Source: a bacterium (GTDB lineage Bacteria > Hinthialibacterota > Hinthialibacteria > Hinthialibacterales > Hinthialibacteraceae). Taken from it: a DNA stretch of 64,000 bases. Location of the stretch: positions 38,273 through 102,272 of the forward strand of contig CAXXSM010000018.1 in the NCBI GenBank assembly GCA_963663405.2, written 5' to 3'. Each line of letters begins with the position of its first letter. Within the stretch, counting starts at the first letter, position 1. The notes under the pieces are model-generated. The model searched no databases and was not told where the DNA came from. It saw only the letters and a list, made by a program, of their open reading frames with translations. Of this stretch, positions 61,227 to 64,000 are shown in pieces. The translations under genes and the position numbers were made by a program.

Positions 61227-64000
61227 ATGAAGTTTCTTACCTATACAATCGTTATTCTATTTGTCTGTCTTTCGGCTGGAAACGCGGGAGCGAACGATCT
61301 CCAGCGGATTGGTTTGTTATCCACAAGCATTCAGCGCTTTGAAAATGGGTGGGATACCCCAAGCGGGGTGAATCGCCTGCTGGCCTCAACCCTTTCGGAA
61401 TGGATTTTGACCGCCAGTGATGGAATGGAAAACGCATATTTTGGAGCGGGTGTGTGTCTTGATGGAGAGACCATTGTTATTGGCGCGGACGGGGATTATT
61501 TAGACACTGGATCCATTTATATTTATGAGAAAATTGATGGGCAGTGGTTCGAGACGAAATTGACCGCGGAAGATCAAGGATTTGAGGACGCGTTTGGTGG
61601 ACACGTGGCGATTGACCAAAATATCCTCGCCGTGAGCGCCGTGGGAGAGAGCAGCAAGGGATACAATACCGGCGCCGTTTACATCTTTGAAAAAATTGAT
61701 GGAGAATGGAGTCAGACTACAAAACTCTATTCCAGCGCGCCGGCGTCGTTCTCGTATTTCGGCGCTTCCGTGGCTGTAAGCGGAAAAACCATTGCGGTTG
61801 GAGCGCCCGGCGATGACGCGGAAGGATTCATCGACCGGGGAAAAGTTGCGATTTTTGAAAAGAAAGAAAACAGCTGGATTAACACATACGATCTGACCGC
61901 ATCGGATGGAGAGGCAGGAGACGAATTCGGCGCGTCCGTTTCGATCTATTTGAATACGGTGGTTGTTGGAGCGAGAGCAGCGGACAACGGCCAGAATCAA
62001 AGGAGTGGCGCAGTCTATATCTTCGGCAATCAGAGCGGTGTATGGACAGAAAAAAGCAAACTGATCGCGAGTGACAGTGAGGCCGAAGACGAATTCGGCG
62101 CCTCCGTAACGATCAATGGAAAAAGACTCTTAATCGGCGCCGCCGGAGATGATGACAACGGAGAGAACGCGGGCGCCTCTTATCTCTTCAATCAAATCAA
62201 TGGAAATTGGATCGAAGAAACCAAGTTCACTGCGAGAGATGGAAGCCCAGGAGATCAATTCGGCGTATCCGTGGCGCTCGATGAAGGATTCATCATCATG
62301 GGAGCCGATGGAGATACCTCCGGATCCGTCTATATTTTTGAAGACACAGGCGCCGGTTGGGAAGAGACGGCGAAACTTTCCGCCAGTGACCGTAGAAACG
62401 GTGACCGTTTTGGAAGCAGCCTTGCGCTGGATGGCGAAAATCTTTTAATCGGCGCGCCGGATGCGGATGAAGGGATGGGTAAAGCGTATCTCTACCAGAT
62501 CAAACCGGAAGCGACTCCAACGCCGACGTTCACCCCCACAAGCGCGTTTACTGCGACGAGTACTCCATCACCCACGAGTACCCCAACACCGACAGTCACC
62601 CCAACGCCGACCAATACACCAACATCTTTATACACACCAACCGCGACGCCTCCACCCGAATTGATCGCTGACGCGGGTGAGGACGCAGTGATGAACTATG
62701 GGCATCGATACCGGATGCGGAGTTCTTTTCAAGGTGGATCGGGGGAATACCACTTTTCCTGGGATATCATCTCCGGCCCAGATCGCTCCTTGGAACAGTT
62801 TTCTCCGGCGGACGTACAAAATCCACAGTTTTCTCCTGCTGAAATCGGGCTTTATATTGTTCGATTCACTGTAACAGACGCGAGTCAAACTGCGGAGGAT
62901 GTTGTAACTATCCTTTGTTTAGGCATCCAGGAAGCAATCATCAGTCAAGGATTGGGTGGTTCGACATTAGTCAATTTCAGAAATTTCAACTCGGATCTGG
63001 CTCCACGCGCGTCGATCCTTCGTTCGTTCCAAGCCGCCGGCGGTTCCTTTTTAAAAGCGATCGGCGGGGGTGAAGGGCGAGCCGCTTATCTCTCCTCTGG
63101 AGATATCAACCATGATGGAGTTCCGGATGTGGTTGTCTCTCTTGGACCCGTGATGAAACCCAGACCGTTTTACCCAAATATTATTATCCCGCGAGATGGA
63201 TTCACTTCGGAGATCATCGGCCATACGTTTGAGGCGTTTATGACGGGATACGACTCACCGGTCCATTATAACGGTGGCGAAGTTCGAACCGCTGTCGGTG
63301 ATTTCAACGGTGATGGCGTTGCGCAGATCGCAACCGCGCAGGGTATTGGAGGCAATGGCGTGATTCGTCTCTTCCAATATACCGGCCTGCCGAAACCGGA
63401 TGGCTGGCTGGTTGTGGGCCAATTTGACGGATTGGCGGGCAATGCGAAAACTGGAAACGCCACCGGCGGATTAACACTCGCGGCGGGGGACCTGAATGGA
63501 GACGGATCGGATGAATTGCTCGTAGGTCAGACAAACGGTCCATCATCTCAGACGATCTTTCATGTTTTGGAGATTCATGAGAACCAAATCGCCGCTCGTC
63601 ATCCCTACGCTGGATTCATACCCAAATTTCGAGGTGACGGCGGCGTCGAATTGGCGGTGGCCGATCTCGATGGAGATGGGATGAATGAAATCATCGCCGC
63701 CAGTCAGGGCAACAGCCGTACTCACGGAGACAGCCGCGACACAGCGCCCATCAACGTGATCAGCATTATCCAGCCGGTAATCGAAGAGGGCGCCTTGGTG
63801 GGATTCACGCGGCCCGATAATAGCGTGATGAGTGTATTCAGTGAATTGACCAACCCATCGGGCGCGATGAGCATCGCCGCAGGTGAATTCAATGGAAATC
63901 CATTGGACGGCGCGGAACTGATCGTGGGCACAGGCTGTCTGCGGGAGGTAGACGATTATACCGTCACGCCAATCGACCCCGCTCCCGAATCCCGTTACCG
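61227..64000 (+). CDS. Secreted FG-GAP repeat protein (integrin-like propeller, PT linker, PKD-like domain, second FG-GAP/VCBS region), runs off the window end
   Basis: Manual translation: MKFLTYTIVILFVCLSAG, seven LTASDG..D.FG.SV...IGA..GAVYIF repeats, a TPTPT linker, ADAGED, and GDFNGDG/GDLNGDG repeats. The frame is consistent from the start to the window end. Confidence 0.88.
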   Translation, partial: MKFLTYTIVILFVCLSAGNAGANDLQRIGLLSTSIQRFENGWDTPSGVNRLLASTLSEWILTASDGMENAYFGAGVCLDGETIVIGADGDYLDTGSIYIYEKIDGQWFETKLTAEDQGFEDAFGGHVAIDQNILAVSAVGESSKGYNTGAVYIFEKIDGEWSQTTKLYSSAPASFSYFGASVAVSGKTIAVGAPGDDAEGFIDRGKVAIFEKKENSWINTYDLTASDGEAGDEFGASVSIYLNTVVVGARAADNGQNQRSGAVYIFGNQSGVWTEKSKLIASDSEAEDEFGASVTINGKRLLIGAAGDDDNGENAGASYLFNQINGNWIEETKFTARDGSPGDQFGVSVALDEGFIIMGADGDTSGSVYIFEDTGAGWEETAKLSASDRRNGDRFGSSLALDGENLLIGAPDADEGMGKAYLYQIKPEATPTPTFTPTSAFTATSTPSPTSTPTPTVTPTPTNTPTSLYTPTATPPPELIADAGEDAVMNYGHRYRMRSSFQGGSGEYHFSWDIISGPDRSLEQFSPADVQNPQFSPAEIGLYIVRFTVTDASQTAEDVVTILCLGIQEAIISQGLGGSTLVNFRNFNSDLAPRASILRSFQAAGGSFLKAIGGGEGRAAYLSSGDINHDGVPDVVVSLGPVMKPRPFYPNIIIPRDGFTSEIIGHTFEAFMTGYDSPVHYNGGEVRTAVGDFNGDGVAQIATAQGIGGNGVIRLFQYTGLPKPDGWLVVGQFDGLAGNAKTGNATGGLTLAAGDLNGDGSDELLVGQTNGPSSQTIFHVLEIHENQIAARHPYAGFIPKFRGDGGVELAVADLDGDGMNEIIAASQGNSRTHGDSRDTAPINVISIIQPVIEEGALVGFTRPDNSVMSVFSELTNPSGAMSIAAGEFNGNPLDGAELIVGTGCLREVDDYTVTPIDPAPESRY

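Noticed and set aside
123-63931. The many 60-190-aa antisense or alternate-frame ORFs in the track
   Set aside because: They overlap well-supported genes and show no motifs or RBS, so they are treated as shadow ORFs.
1-64000. CRISPR array, tRNA or rRNA genes
   Set aside because: I saw no regularly spaced repeat-spacer units and no tRNA- or rRNA-like sequence by eye; a covariance search was not possible.

Overview
Bacterial chromosomal window from a diderm, glycan-degrading organism. The GspG-like pilin, Pro/Thr-linked secreted proteins and dockerin tail suggest a PVC-adjacent candidate phylum such as Hinthialibacterota/OLB16 or Sumerlaeota (inference only). In order, it holds: a Tat Gfo/Idh/MocA oxidoreductase; a ~3000-aa secreted beta-helix/dockerin protein split by one in-frame TAA; a sialic-acid operon (triple-repeat secreted protein, prepilin-like protein, sialidase, SSS transporter, nanA, nanM); AraC with a divergent DHDPS-family gene; an AAA ATPase; an HZS-alpha/FGE heme protein; a GT9; phoBR followed by a secreted beta-helix protein, a TonB-dependent receptor and a TonB2-type energiser operon, with Pho-box-like 11-bp-phased repeats; a PQQ-propeller, sulfatase, esterase and HGSNAT-like gene; an AT-rich three-gene island; and further secreted proteins. 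In the energiser operon exbD is broken by an ISL3 and tonB/TPR are truncated. Best candidates for undescribed systems are (1) the island encoding a GAF kinase, a REC-DUF5678 regulator and a retropepsin protease, (2) a shared C-terminal [VA]x[NE][WF]xLY tail on unrelated secreted proteins, (3) a pilin plus putative lectin inside the nan operon, and (4) the Pho-linked TonB system with a CBS-fused ExbB. About ten +1 homopolymer frameshifts are probably long-read errors. All family assignments come from motif recognition by eye; no searches were run.
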